In this document: piece by piece, positions 1 to 13,700 of the stretch
Numbering within the stretch: the first letter of the stretch is position 1
How the letters are laid out: every line of letters begins with the position of its first letter
From: Eledone cirrhosa
Lineage: Eukaryota
NCBI GenBank assembly: GCA_964016885.1
Contig: OZ024740.1
Location: forward strand, 353,524,001 to 353,588,000
Direction of reading: 5' to 3'
DNA length: 64,000 nucleotides
The notes under the pieces: generated by a model
Databases searched by the model: none
Told to the model about the DNA's origin: nothing
What the model saw: the letters and a program-made list of their open reading frames with translations, nothing else
Position numbers and translations under genes: made by a program

Positions 1-539
1 CAGTGGCTAGTTATGGCCAGTTTGAATGGAATGAGGTGAGAGAATTCTGGCCGGATACAGCCGATTTAAATGCTAAAGGGTTAAACCAACACTTCGACTG
101 CTAATTTCCCATCTTCTTAAGGGGAGTATAGACAATGAAATAAACTTCAGTATGCTGCTAATAATCATTTTATTGATTCTGGAGAAATGAAAGGCAAAGT
201 TTCTCTTGGCAGAGATTCACCGAATAAACTGTCAAGCACCAAACAAGACATCATGAAATATTCTGCATTTTCTTAGTTGAAAAACAAAGAAGACAAAATT
301 TAAATGAGTACTCAATACATATTAATAGTAGCTAATCTGTAGATTTTTTTTTTATTAGGATTTATAGTTCAATGACGAAATCCTCGTTTCACCCTATCTG
401 ACATTTTGATTTCCAATCAAAGATTATTAATTTGAAAAATTATAATTTATTAACAACAACACATCCCAGATATTTATTAAGCTATCTGTTGTTTTTCAAC
501 AAATTCCCAGCCACCATCAACACGACAGTAATAATAAGA

Positions 540-755
540 GTTTCTGATTTAGGCACAAGGCCAACAATTTTGGAGGAGGGGAAAGTCGATTAAATCGACC
601 CCAGTGCGTTTCTGGTGCTTTATTTTATCGACCCTGTAAGGTTGAAAGGCAAAGCTAACCTTGGTGGGATTTGAACTCAGAACCTAAATGGCTGTAATTA
701 TATGCCTCAAAGTATGTTGTCCTATGCTCTACCAATACAGCCAATCCATCGCCCT
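540..755 (-). mobile_element. tRNA-derived SINE, family S1 (diverged copy)
   Basis: Reverse complement of the S1 head/body (ggattggc..gtaga, gagttcaaatcc, ctttcaaccttacagggtcgataaaataa, ggccttgtgcct); taataataa on both sides. Confidence 0.75.
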
Positions 756-1222
756 AATAATAACTATTATCATTATTTTATAGGCATATTAAAACCTTTC
801 TGTCCTGATATAACAGCTGTAATAAGGTATGAACTAATTTTGCCAGAAAATTAGAACCTTGTCCTCCATTTAGCCACTGAAGCCTAACAATAGTACCAGA
901 AGAGTACTAGTGGTGAAAAATGAAAAAACAAAAAAAAAAAAAAAATACCTGGAGAAAAGTTAGCTGAAATGAAGCCAGCTGTCAGGGGAAAATTTAGTTT
1001 TATTGTGTACTGGGCAAAATAATAAAAGGCAGGTAGAAAGGTAATAAAGTAATTAGCTAGAGATGTAGTTAGCTAGTGACATACAAATAGAATTAATGAG
1101 ATACATAGATAAAGAGACACAGGATAGATTGATATATATATATATAGAGAGAGAAGGTGGGGGGAGAGAAAGAGCAAGAGAGAGCACTATATAGTGAGTT
1201 AGAAAAAGCTGTGGTTGCATTG

Positions 1223-1345
1223 TTATCGAGGTATGTAAGGGGTAATAAGATATTTGGAAAAGCCTTTTATTTTTTCAGCACCTCGCACCTCCTCATCCAT
1301 CAGAGGCAGCTGGGTGATGTGGAAATCTTCATATAAATCGAGGAT
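1223..1345 (-). CDS. ASNA1: ASNA1 exon 8 ([40 protein letters not shown])
   Basis: 3' part of ORF 1223..1540; acceptor ctccAG; TAA stop. Confidence 0.95.
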   Translation of the reverse strand: MLDLYEDFHITQLPLMDEEVRGAEKIKGFSKYLITPYIPR

Positions 1346-4300
1346 CTGGAGACAAATACAAAAGGTAATTTTAAAATATATGCATAATGGAGAGAGTGGA
1401 AGTGACATAAGAAAATAAACTATACTCTGTATGTATGTGTGAGTGCTTGTGTTGCATAAGTGTTGAGCTTTACAGAAGCAAACATCGAAGCAATGGATTG
1501 GCAGTATCAGTAGAGGGTCGGACGCCATGCTTTGCAGCATAGAGTTACTCCCCTTTAGGATCTGAGTTCAAATCCCGCCGAGGTTAACTTTGTCTTTCAT
1601 CCTTACGGGGTCGATAAAATAAAGTACCAGTAATGCACTGGATTATTTGCTGGCCTTGTGCCAAAAGTAGAAATAATTATTATACATTTCTGGGAAAGAT
1701 CGTTGTCTATTTTGAGTGTAAGTAAGGGGTGTAGCCTAGTGGTTAGGGTGTTGAGCTTACAGTTGTAATGTCATGGACTGAGTGGCACAATGTGTTCCTG
1801 AGCAAAACACCATATTTCACATTGTTCCAGCCCAGTGAGATAAAAATGAATACCAGCAGCAGTAGGTGATTGACTCAGTAATGGACTGGCAATTTGTACT
1901 CTTAGTTTGGGATAGACAATAATCTTCAATCATATAGCTGTCAAGTTTAACAGTTGATCCCTAAGGTCTACTTAGACTAGTCCCCCTCTCTTTCCTAAGT
2001 ATTTACCTCATTCAGCCAAGTTTCATAAGAGCATTTTCATGTCTCTTTCTTTTTGGTGTTAGTGAAGGTGAATGAGCCACTATCATTCTGTACACATTCT
2101 TCATCAACAATGTCCTGATTCCTACTGATACATTTTGTAAACTGGAACACTTCATGCTTCTCATCTTCATGTAGAAAATTGGCATTTCTCTTTGCTCAGT
2201 ATACCTGACATCTAGCTTTTCTTCTAGTTATGTCATACTGTTTCTTATCCCCTTCCATTCTTTCCAAGCCTGTCTTTTATGGAACTATGATTTTCCATCA
2301 TGCCATACTTTTCATATTTGCTCTACCCGCAAATCTGGTTTGTTGCTCACAGAAGGTAGTCTGACAGAATTACCCAGTTGTCTATGCTATAAATTTCTTG
2401 GCATACACATCACCTAGTACTTCTTTAGGCCTAGGTATTGGCCGAGGGATCTTTCAGCTTCCATACCTTCCTTTTCTCTGAGATGTATAGCTCTTTTTCT
2501 GATGTTACTAATATGCACTGTGGAGATATTTAGTATTCACGAACAGCCATCTATCCAGTTTACGCTTGTGTTCACAGGAGTAATAGGTGATCAAAGGGCT
2601 GATCAGTTTCTAAAGTTAGCTCATCTCATCACAAAACCTGATCCCTCCTCATTCTTCATTCTAGATACATAGCCTCCATTCCATCAAAATAGCTACTGTG
2701 GTGTTGTCCAACATGTCCAATAAAGTAACTAGCTGTGATAATGATACTGTTGTCACCTGGTATTAAAGTAGGGTGTTAGAAGATCACCTATTGCCTATCT
2801 GTCAGTCCTGACTATGGTGCATATACAGATATAACTGTTGTTATGACTAGTCTAAGTATTCTGTATACTTTGACTACCTCAATTAATTTATGTCTAATTC
2901 TCTGCTAACAATATACCCAATCCACTCAACCCAGCAATATTACACACCCAAAGTTATTTGTACCAGTGTTCCTTTCCAACAAGGAGTCTGCCTATGCTTC
3001 ACCTCCCTCTCCCCTTTTGTATACAGCATAACAACTACACACCTCTGCTGTAGCATCTCTATAAACTATCTAGATTTTTTTTTCCTCAGCCCTAAAGTTC
3101 CAGAAGGAAAATATGATTAAAATATCTAGAGAAGTAATCCATAGTCTATAAGATGGTAGAGGAAGGTGTGATACCCAATGACAGGAGTATTTGTAGCTTT
3201 GTCAACTACTACAAGGACAAACAAGATATATAAAAGAGACTACTACAGAGGTATGAAAGTTAGAGAAACAACTATAGTACAATTGACAAGGAACAGAATG
3301 AATCCCGATCAGATACAGTTCAGTTTTGTGTCTGGAAGCACTCCGTATGTTAACTTTCTAATGAGACAAATGCAAAAGAGAATTACTTAGCTAAGAGTAA
3401 GCCCTGATATCCAGCATTTGTTAATCTGGATAAGGTCTTTGACAGGGTACTATACTCTATAATTTGGTGTTCACTAAGGAAACTAAGAGTTGAGGAATAG
3501 CTTGTGAAAACCATACAAATTTGTGAAAGCTATAAAAGTACTGAGGCACATTTTGCAATGTAGGGGACTCCTGGGGGCAGAACCCGCTTTTGGAAAAAGC
3601 CGATGATTTTGTACAAGCATAGTTTTCGAAGCAGCACTGAAGTATTGACATGAATGCTATACATAACTGCTATTTAATACCTGACCAACGATGGGTACCT
3701 CTACTACTTTATAAATATAGTAAAATAAAAAATATATAATATTTATTTATACCTGGTATATATTATATAATTTATTATATATAAATTAATGATTTTATTT
3801 ATTATATATTATTTACAATTTGCTAGAATTAGGGTTAGGGGGCGCTAAGGGTATTACGTGGCTGTGAGGGGGCGGTGGCCCCAAAAGTTTGAGAACCTCT
3901 GCCTTAACTGCCAGGTAAATGACCATCTTTGATATGCAAAAAAATAGATAGAAATATTGTGTAAACTATGGATGCAAAAGAAGTGTAATGGGAGCACAGG
4001 CAGGCTGACAAAGATGGCAGACTTTTTATGTGGAAAATTCATAGGTGTAGTTAGTAGTAAAAGTACACATGAAATGAATTCCTTCATGAGAAGGATCACT
4101 AGAAACAATTGATACATGCATTTTGAGAGAAAAATTGGAAAAAATGAAAGAATGATAGTAACGATTGCAGAAGATTCTAAATGAGACAAAGTAAACTTTT
4201 AGATGAAAGCAATAATGAAAAAAAAAAAAGTAAAATAAAAGGGAAAAAAAAGTAAAGGAAAGAGAAAAATTTCACTTACTTGATCAATGTATTTGGATTG

Positions 4301-7300
4301 TATTTTGTGACGGGATTTACACATCTTACATGTCTGCTCACCTTTTGGCACAAATAACAGCTGGTTGACAACTACGTTGTGGGTGTCAATACCATAGCGT
4401 GTTAGTTCTTGAACCAACCGCTCTGTTTCATACAGAGACAAGAATTCAGCAATACACACACACACAAATGTAGTTTGGTCCTAAAACAGAAAATATAATG
4501 ATAATGATGGCAATGAGTAGGAGTCATTGAGCTTGGGGTGGAAGATATCACAAGTTGATCTTCTGCATGGTAAATACCACAGCAAAACCAAAATTTATGG
4601 GCTTACCTCTAAACATATGGAAACTAGTAGGTTAATTCTTAACATCTTGTAATGATTTAGCAGAAAACATCTAAAAAGAGGTTTGTTAATTCAAATGTTT
4701 GTAGTATCTTTATTAGGAGATAGATGGTTGTGAAAAATTACAACAAACTAAAGTAAAGACTTAAATTTTTAATGTGATGTAGTCATAGTGTTGTTTTGTA
4801 CTTTTTAAGAATGTCTTTCTAAAATAGTTTCATGCAGTACAGGACATTAAGAGCTAAAGGGTAGGTTAAACCAAGTCATCTTTCTGTTTCTATTTCTAGT
4901 TTTCTTTTTAGGTGGTGGTGGTATAGTGTAATTTATATGTTGTCCTTTGTCTTTATATTTGATATAGTGCTTGATTGTAGGGTGTAAACATTTGATTAAA
5001 TGCTATATAAATTCTACAGCTTCCTTCAACTTCTTTCACACTGGATAGATGAAAGACAAGATAAATATCTATAGGATCTAAAATTAGAAGGTAAAGAGAC
5101 ATAAACAAACATTGCAAGGCAATAACAGATATAAATGACTGATGTCATACTCACTGGATTCTTAAACTGGATATTCACATTTCGAATAGTCTCCAGCATA
5201 TCATCTAATCTCTTGGTCATTTCTTCTGCATTCAAATCTTGCATACCTAACATGCTAGCAACCTGAAATATATAAACCAATATTATAAAATTTCTCAATA
5301 ATGACCGAGATGAATAATGACAACAAAAGGTTTTTATAAGTTTGGTAGTTGACCAAAACCTTTTGGAAAGAGCAGTCAACTGAATCAAACCTAATACTTG
5401 ACTTATACTTTTGTTAACTCAAAAAGGATGAAAAACAAATTGTAAGTAAACAGTACAAAGAATTTTCTCAAGCTCTACTGATTCTGATATTTCCTACTCT
5501 GATAATGCTGATAGTAATGAATGGACTTCAGTCAGTTTCAACAATGTGTTCCAGTTGTTCAATCAATGGAATAGCCAACTCATGAAATCAATTTATTAGT
5601 GGCTGAGCACTTAATGTAATTCTCAGGGAGATTCAGTGTATGACAAGGCTGACTCTTTACCTGTACAGTCCATCTGTTAGGTTTCCAAACAGTTTCTATC
5701 TACTCAATGTCACTCACAAGGCATAAGTTAACATGAGAATATGGTAAAAAACACCTGGCTATGTTTTCACTATTTCTTACATAAGTACAAAGCTACATGC
5801 AAATTTTGGGAGGAAGTAGTTAATTTAACTGAGTTCAATACTTAAACCTTTTGTCACCATATTTGTCCCCTTTTTTACTCATCAAGACTAGTTTTTCCAA
5901 AGCTTACCCTAAGCTCTTTTGATTCAAATTTCTGTTTCCAAAGATGGAATTTCTTTTCTAGCTCTTCCATGGATTCAGCTATGGGAACCAGGTCATCAGC
6001 ATATAGAAGTTTCCATAGATGGTCAGTCTCAATTCCTCTGTTATGGCTTTATAATAAACAGGAGTGGACTAAGGACTGAGCCCTGATGGGCTTGCACTGC
6101 TCTCACAAGCTATTTTTCTACACCTAGTTTTCTTAGGGACCACCAGATGACAGATCATGGTACTCTGTCAAAGGCCTTCTCTAAGTTCATGAAAGCTAGA
6201 AATATTAGCTTATACTTTTCCCCAACACATATAAATGGTGCAGTGGCAAGTGGATAATAGAGAACTGGGTAAACAATAGCTTTGCCTACTAACAGCCAAT
6301 GTGACTGGGTTGCTGGAGATTAATTGAGTGTTATAATTGTTGTTATTGTTTAGTTCCAAATAAGTCCCAAACAAGTAAAGACACTCCAGCTGCGGCCATC
6401 CTATGTTTTTCCACTCCATGATACACTTTGCTTGGAAACATTTCAGTTGCCCAGTTGTCTCTGAATCATAAATTCACACACATATAAAAACTAATATGTA
6501 TAAACATATACATATATCATCATCATCATCATCATCAACGTTTAACGTCCGTGTTCCACGCTTGCATGGGTTTGGACGGGGGTAGTCCCACTTGAGGCAA
6601 GAGTGATTGTCTTGCTCGCATAGGACTGTCTGGCAGGTTTTCTACAGCTGGATGCCCTTCCTAACACTAACCACATTTACAGTGTGGGGCTGGGAGGTTT
6701 TTACCGTGTTGCCTACACGGCCACATTACAGCGTGGACTGTGTGTTTTTTTGTCGTGACACCTACACGATCTCATTTGTTTCGGCCTGGATGGTGTGGCA
6801 CCAACATAACTTTACATAGAATGGGGTGGTGTGGATGGGGTGGGGGTGGTGGCGGGACGGGGTGTAGTTTGTTAGAGATGCCTACTGGCAAGGCGGGTCT
6901 TCTCTGTTACTGAGTACCGCCAAAGGTCACGGTCCAGTGACATTGTCTTGGAGAGGTGTAAGTGTGTGAGGTCGGAGTTTATCAGCTCATCCCATGTTTT
7001 TCTAGGTCTGCCTATTCCGTGGCTACCGTCTATCTTTATTGCCCTGCACTTTGTAATACAGCTATCGACTTTCATGCGCATCACGTGTCCATACCAACGC
7101 AGCCTTCTCTCGAGTAAACAACATCTGATCCCTCTTATCTCTAATTTTTTCCTTAGTTCGTTTATGCTTTGCCGTTCACGTATATTACTGTTACACATCC
7201 AGCGGAGCATGCAAGCTTCGTTCCTCTCTAGTCTGCGTATATCCTCTGCACACAATGCCCAGGTCTCACTACCATGCAACATTGCTGTTCGTATGCAGGC

Positions 7301-8994
7301 ATCGTACAACCTGCCTTTCATTTTTAGGGAGAACCCTTTAGCAGCTAATAGTGGTATAAGCTCTCTGAACTTTTTCCAACCAGTTCTGACTCTAGCTACA
7401 GTACTTTCAGAGCACCCTCCCCCACTGCTGATTTTATCGCCCAGGTAACGGAAGCTGTCCACTATTTCTATGTAAATGACTATTTCCAGCTGATGAGGAC
7501 ATTCTCAGAACATACTGGGAACTCTGTGATATATTCAGAGGAAAATGAGAAAAAAAAAATTTTTTTGTTTTGTTTTGTTATGAAAAATTATTTTTCTTTG
7601 GCAGCGAGGCTACCCATATATTTGTTGCAAAATGTATTATATATATCTCTATTATGCTTAAGTGCTGTCTTAATGCTAACGCCAATTAAATATATATATA
7701 TCTCATTCGTTGTGCTTATATGAAGTGGCAGAGAGAATATTAGCGCAACTGATTAGAGAAAGGGTCAAATTAGATGAGATGCACTTTTGTTGACCTAGAG
7801 AAAGCCTTTGATAGGGTACCCCGATCTGTCATCTGGTGGTCCCTAAAGAAACTAGGTGTAGAGGAATGGCTTGTGAGGACAGTGCAGGGGTGCTGTCAGT
7901 AAAGTGAGAGTAGGAATGGAGTTTAGTGAGGAATTCCAGATACAAGTAGGTGTACATCAGGGTTCGGTCCTCAGCCTGCTCTTGTTCATTATATTCCTCC
8001 AAGCCATAACAGAGGAGTTTAAGACTGGATGCCCATGGGAACTTCTCTATGCTGATGATCTGGTTCTTATAGCAGAATCAGTAGAGGAGCTAGAGAATAA
8101 ATTCTGGCTATGGAAACAGCAGTTGGAATCAAGAGGACTGAAAGTGAACATAGCTAAGACAAAAGTGTTGATAAATAGAAGAGAGGACAATACTCTGATT
8201 CCATCAGGGAAATGGCCATGTTCGATATGTAGGAAAGGAACTGGCATAAATTCCATAAAATGTATGCAATGCAGATCTTGGGTACACAAGAGATGTAGTG
8301 GGATAGCAGGCAAACTAACAGGTAGGGAAAATTACGTATGCAGTAGATGTACAGGGAAAGTTGGCAGTAGTAATCGCAGTGATAGACACGTTTCCAATGC
8401 AGGTGGGTTCTATAGAAGTGGTCGATAGCTTTCGGTAGCTAGGTGATCAGATTAGCATGGGGGGTGTTCCGAGGCCATAGTATCTAGAATAAGGACAGGT
8501 TGGAAGAAGTTTAGGGAGCTGCTTCCTCTGTTGACAAAGAAGGGTTTCTCCCTGCGTACGAAAGGACAGTTATATGATGCCTGTGTGAGATATGCGATGC
8601 TGCATGGTAGTGAGACATGGGCAGCAACTGCAGAGAAATGAAGCAAGCATGCTCCGTTGGATGTGCAATGTCAATGTGTGTGAACGACCAAGCATAGACG
8701 AGTTGAGAAAGAAACTGGGTATAAGAGGGATAAGTTGTAGTGTGCAGGAGAGAAGACTGAGATGGTATGGACATGTGATGCGCATGGAGGATGACCGGTG
8801 GGTAAAGAAATGCCAAGAAATCCCAGTAGAGGTAGACCATGAAAAACATGGGCGGAGGTGGTGAGAGCAGACCTCAGATCGCTGAAACTCACGGAGGAGA
8901 TGACGAAGGACTGTGACAGGTTGAGAGATGCTGTGCTGAATAGGACCCGTCCAACCCTTGCAAGATGGGAAAAGCGGACGTAAAATGATGATGA

Positions 8995-9036
<42 letters not shown>

Positions 9037-10702
9037 CAATTTACCTGAGAAAAAAATGGGCTAAAATGACTGCGAATTCGTAGTAGTTTGCCAAGTCCCT
9101 TCTCAACAACACTAGGGAAAGAAAGGAGACGCAAAGTGTGTCCAGTTGGTGCAGTATCAAACACAACACATGAAAAGTTCATTCCTTTAACCAGCCTGTA
9201 AACAGAGTGAAGCAAAATTGAAGAAAAAAATTACAAAAATTTACAAACGGAATACACACTAAATTCTTACACTGACATGATCAAATGGTTAAGAAGTTTG
9301 CTTTACAATCATTAGGTCACAGGTTTGATCTTACTGGGAGCCATCTTGGGCAATTGTCATTTAGTATAGCTTTAGGTCCACCCATGTCTTGTAAATGAAA
9401 TTGGGTGGATAGAAAATGTTGGAAGCCTGTTGGATGGATTGAACCAGTAATTTAAAGAGCCAGCTTTGTCACACACTGTCATGCTAAATCTCCCTCAGAA
9501 TTACATTAAAGGTATACATGTGTCTGTGTAATGCTCAGCTATTTACATATTTATTTTATGAGTTGATGTCCCATTGATTGAATAATTGGAACACAAATGG
9601 TTGGAACTGACAGAGGTCTATTTTCTTTCCTTCCATATTGACACAAGACTATGATATTTGTAGAGAAAAAGCATGACTGTTTTAATTGATTCCAGTACAT
9701 GACTGGTATCTAAATCATTTGATCCATCCCAGATTGGTGGAAAGCTGAATGATGCTGTGTCTGGTTTAAATTTGGAACTAAATGCTGAAATACACTACTG
9801 ACCAACTTATTGCCTCAAACATTATGCTAGGATGCATATGCAATAGTAATAATTGTACTCTGGTCAAGACCACTTTATTTATTTCTTCTGTGACCATTAT
9901 GTGAATCTAAACGTGTACAAAAATGGTTTCTAATTTAGGTATGAGGCCAACAATTTTGTGGGGTCATGAGGAACGTTAATTATACTGACTCCAGTATTTT
10001 ACTGGTACTTATTTTATTGAAAGGCAAAGTTGACCTCAAAGTGATTTGAAACCAAAATGTAGAGGGCCGAACAAAATATTAATGATTCTGCTAATACATC
10101 ACTTTAAAGGTGTACAGAAATAGAATATAGAATTAATTCAGTGTAACACACCTGGACTGTCAAATTACATAGAATTAACTAATGCTTGTTGATGTGTGCC
10201 ACATGTTTGTTGCCTTGGTAGAGGTATATCTGTGGATTGCAGTAGCTAGTTGTTTGTCTAAATGCCTAGAGTCTGATTGAACAGCTGACCTGTGGCTGCT
10301 GGTGTAGCAGTGATAATGACAACAGTAGTCTGGTAACCAAATCTTAAACATAATTTAGTATTTTTCTCTAGTGATTTGTATCCATTCCTTTATGCACCAT
10401 TCTAAGTTTATTATAAAAATCTTAACAGATATTATATGTAAACAGACAAATAAAGTTTTTAAAGAGACAACAGGATGCTGAATTATTTTAGTTGGTCTAG
10501 CTTATATCCATCCCAAATTGAGATTTTTGAATAAGTTTGATATGTTTAATTACTTCTTTGAGCTTGATAATTCTGTATATCTTATCTGTATACTTTATCA
10601 TTTCAATGAGATGTCTAAGTATTAGAAACAAATAACATTTTAATTAATATATATATCCCCATGTGGAAGATGGACGTTAAACGATGATGATGATGATGAT
10701 GA

Positions 10703-10767
<65 letters not shown>

Positions 10768-13700
10768 AAGAGGGTGAGAGAGAGAGAGAGGTGAGTGGGA
10801 TAGAATGGACCTGTCAGTTTCAATGATGAATGTTCCAGTTGATTGAGCAACAGAACAGCTTGCTTGTGAAATTAATATAAATGGCTGAGTTTTCCACAGG
10901 CATCACCATCATCGTTTAATGCCCATTTTCCCCACTGGCATGGGTTAGTGTGAGACAAGCCAAGTTGGAGGACTGTCTTTTGCTCACACAGAATTGATTT
11001 TGGCTTGGTTTCAATGGCTGGATGCCCTTCCTAATGCCAACCACATTTACAGTGTGTACAAGGTACTTTTTGTTGTGATGCCTACTTTACAGTGTGGGCT
11101 GAGTGCTTTTTGTTGTGACTCCTATATGAACACTGTACAGTGTGGACTGGGTGCTTTTTGTCATGACACCTAAACAATCACTTTACAGTGTGAGCTGAAC
11201 ATTGTTTCTCTTGTCACCAACGCAACCACTTTACAGTGTGGGCAGGGTGCTTTGTGTGTACCATGCCTTGAGCTTCCAAACAGTTCCTATCTACCCAATT
11301 TTCTCACAAGTCTTGGGTCGACCCAAAACTTATGTAAATAACACTTGCCCAAGATATCAAGAAATGGCATTGAACCCAGGACCTTATGATTGTGTAGTCA
11401 TCTTCCAAACATTTTAGTCATACTGCCATCCACAAAGAGAGTGAGGTAAAAGAGAAAAGGGAGAAAAAGATGACAAAAATACTTACTTAATAACTTCAGC
11501 AAAACTCATTGCTTCATCAATGCCTGGAAATGCACCAAGAAGTTCCTGCATCATGGTTTTGCCCATACTCATCATGTCAGCTTCAAAGTAATAATAATAA
11601 GAATAAGAAGAATAACAATAATAATTTCTTTTATTGGCCACACATACCAATAAAAGCAATAAATTTTCTACAAGAAAAATTCCCTAAAAGACCACCTAGG
11701 GTAATTCAGGGTGAAAACCCCACACAAAGGTACTGAATGTGCCATCTATCAATTTTTTAAAATTTTTATTTTAGAAAAGCAAAGTCAGGGTAGGCCCATT
11801 CAGCTTCAATAATCTTGCTGATTTCACTCACCTTTCGTGGAACACTCTAGAAAGCAGAACCTCCCTATCCACTCTCACCTTCCTCTTCAAGTGGTACTTG
11901 AAGAAGTTAAAGAGGGTTTGGCCAGAAAAGAAAGTTCCTGTCTTCAAACCTTTCACTCGTGTCCACCACACAAGTTCTTTTACCATAGCCACTATACAGA
12001 GAAAAACTCACTGACCTTCCTTGCCAAGAGAAGAAGGCAGCTCAATTTTCACTATATATATTCAGCTGACATCTGCATGTGTCCTACATGCAATAACAGC
12101 TGTTCAGCACATGCCAACAAATCTATAATGCATGGACACTGAATGATAGAGTGCAGGATGGTTTCATCCTCCTGTAATTATTTCAAACAGGCAATGCTCC
12201 TTTGTAGCACTGCCAAGCCAAGCCAAGGACTTTTGGAAATTGTCCATGGTCCCCAACCTGAAAGTCATTCAGAAGAGTTTTCTCAGATTGCCCTCATCGA
12301 TGCCCAGAGCATTTCCTAGGCTATCGTCACTCATTTGATCCACTATATTTCTATAGAAAGCAAGTATTGTTATCAGGCCACTGAGTGTTTTGTCCAGTTG
12401 GTAGAATGCTGTAAGTGCCTGGCAGCATTAGATGCTAGATGCCCACCCTTGGTCTGTGCTTGACCTAAGGCAGCATCTCCGCTAAGGAGAAAAATTTCAG
12501 AAAAACAGATCTATCAAAAGGTGACCATGCTGATTCATCCTCACAGGAACTACAGTATTTCTGCAGGGGCCACAGCCTCAGTGCATGTCTATTTGTTGAA
12601 CTGCTAAGCTACATGGCATAAACAAACAGTAAATGTAAACATAGGCATAGACACATATACATGACAGGCTTCATCACAGTTTCTGTCTTCCAAATTTCAC
12701 TCACAAGGCATTGGTTAACGAGGTTATAGTATAAGACACTTGTTCAAGGAGTTACACAGGGAGTGAAATTGGAAAGAGGTGGTTGCAAAGTGAAATCCTA
12801 AACCACATAACCTAGTCATCCCTGTGCCTATAATGTCTTTATGAAAATAAGTTGTATTCAATAAAAGTTAGATCTGTCATTAATACAAGATTCAAATCCC
12901 TTTCAAGTTGTCTTCGATGGAAAAATTGTGTGTACGTCAGTAAATATATACATAAACAAGTACATTATAAGAAGAATTTATTTTCATTTTACCTTCTTCA
13001 AAATATTCTTCAGGGAGTTCAGACATTCCAAGATTGGGGTCAATTTCCTGAAAAATAAGAAACACAATTATAAGGATCACTAATTGTTTTGCCAAGGTAA
13101 AAGACTATCATTTTGTAAGGAAAAAAAAAAAAGAAAACAAAAATCAACTGCAGTATTTTATTGACCTCAGTGAGATTAAAAATAAAGTTGGCTATGATAG
13201 AATCGTTTTCTCAAATCAGTGAAGTACCATTATTTTTCAGATTAGTGAAGTACCATCTAGTTTATTGACTAGCTCCTTGCACCATTATAAACTAGATTAC
13301 CAAAATTAAAAAATATTGTGGTAGCTGTTTGCTGCAAGTTATGTCCATTTATGTCAGGTTAAACTTCGGTATTTAATAAACGGAGATCAATAAGGAAATG
13401 TGGCTGATTCAATCAACTAAAACTTATGAAGTCAAAATTCTCCTGCATGGCTACAGTTAAAAAAAAAATGAAATTAGTAAAAAAATAATGTATATAGGAT
13501 TAGTAATTCTATCCATCTAGTAATGCTGTATCATGATATTAACCTTTGCATTACCATATTTTTAATGAAAGATACTGCCTAGGATTTTTGCAAGATTTTG
13601 AAAATAATCAAGAATTTGAAAGGATTTAGGAATATAACTAAATTTATTATTAAGTTTGTGTTTTGAACATAACTTGATAAAAGTTCACACATAAAATTAT

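Noticed and set aside
1495-1580. tRNA gene-like A/B boxes
   Set aside because: No cloverleaf; it is the head of a multi-copy SINE.
3540-3901. Possible hAT-type MITE (ends aaaagtttgagaacctctg); piggyBac-like end at 70-84; hAT-like ends near 15220 and 46475
   Set aside because: Only one terminus is recognisable and no TSD is visible, so support is insufficient.
4454-4465. (CA)6 microsatellite inside ASNA1 exon 7
   Set aside because: It simply encodes the conserved VCVC segment, in frame.
6948-7448. Antisense ORFs over RTE/R4 coding regions (also 18964-19899, 23415-24266, 37865-39502)
   Set aside because: Shadow frames of retrotransposon ORFs.
7485-7550. CAGCTGATGAG hammerhead-like 5' core (also 18807-18830)
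   Set aside because: No matching stem II / GAAA / stem I half found; possibly truncated pLTR fragments.
11040-11255. Regularly spaced short repeats resembling a CRISPR array
   Set aside because: Eukaryotic context, degenerate tandem units without unique spacers, no cas genes; part of an RTE 3' UTR.
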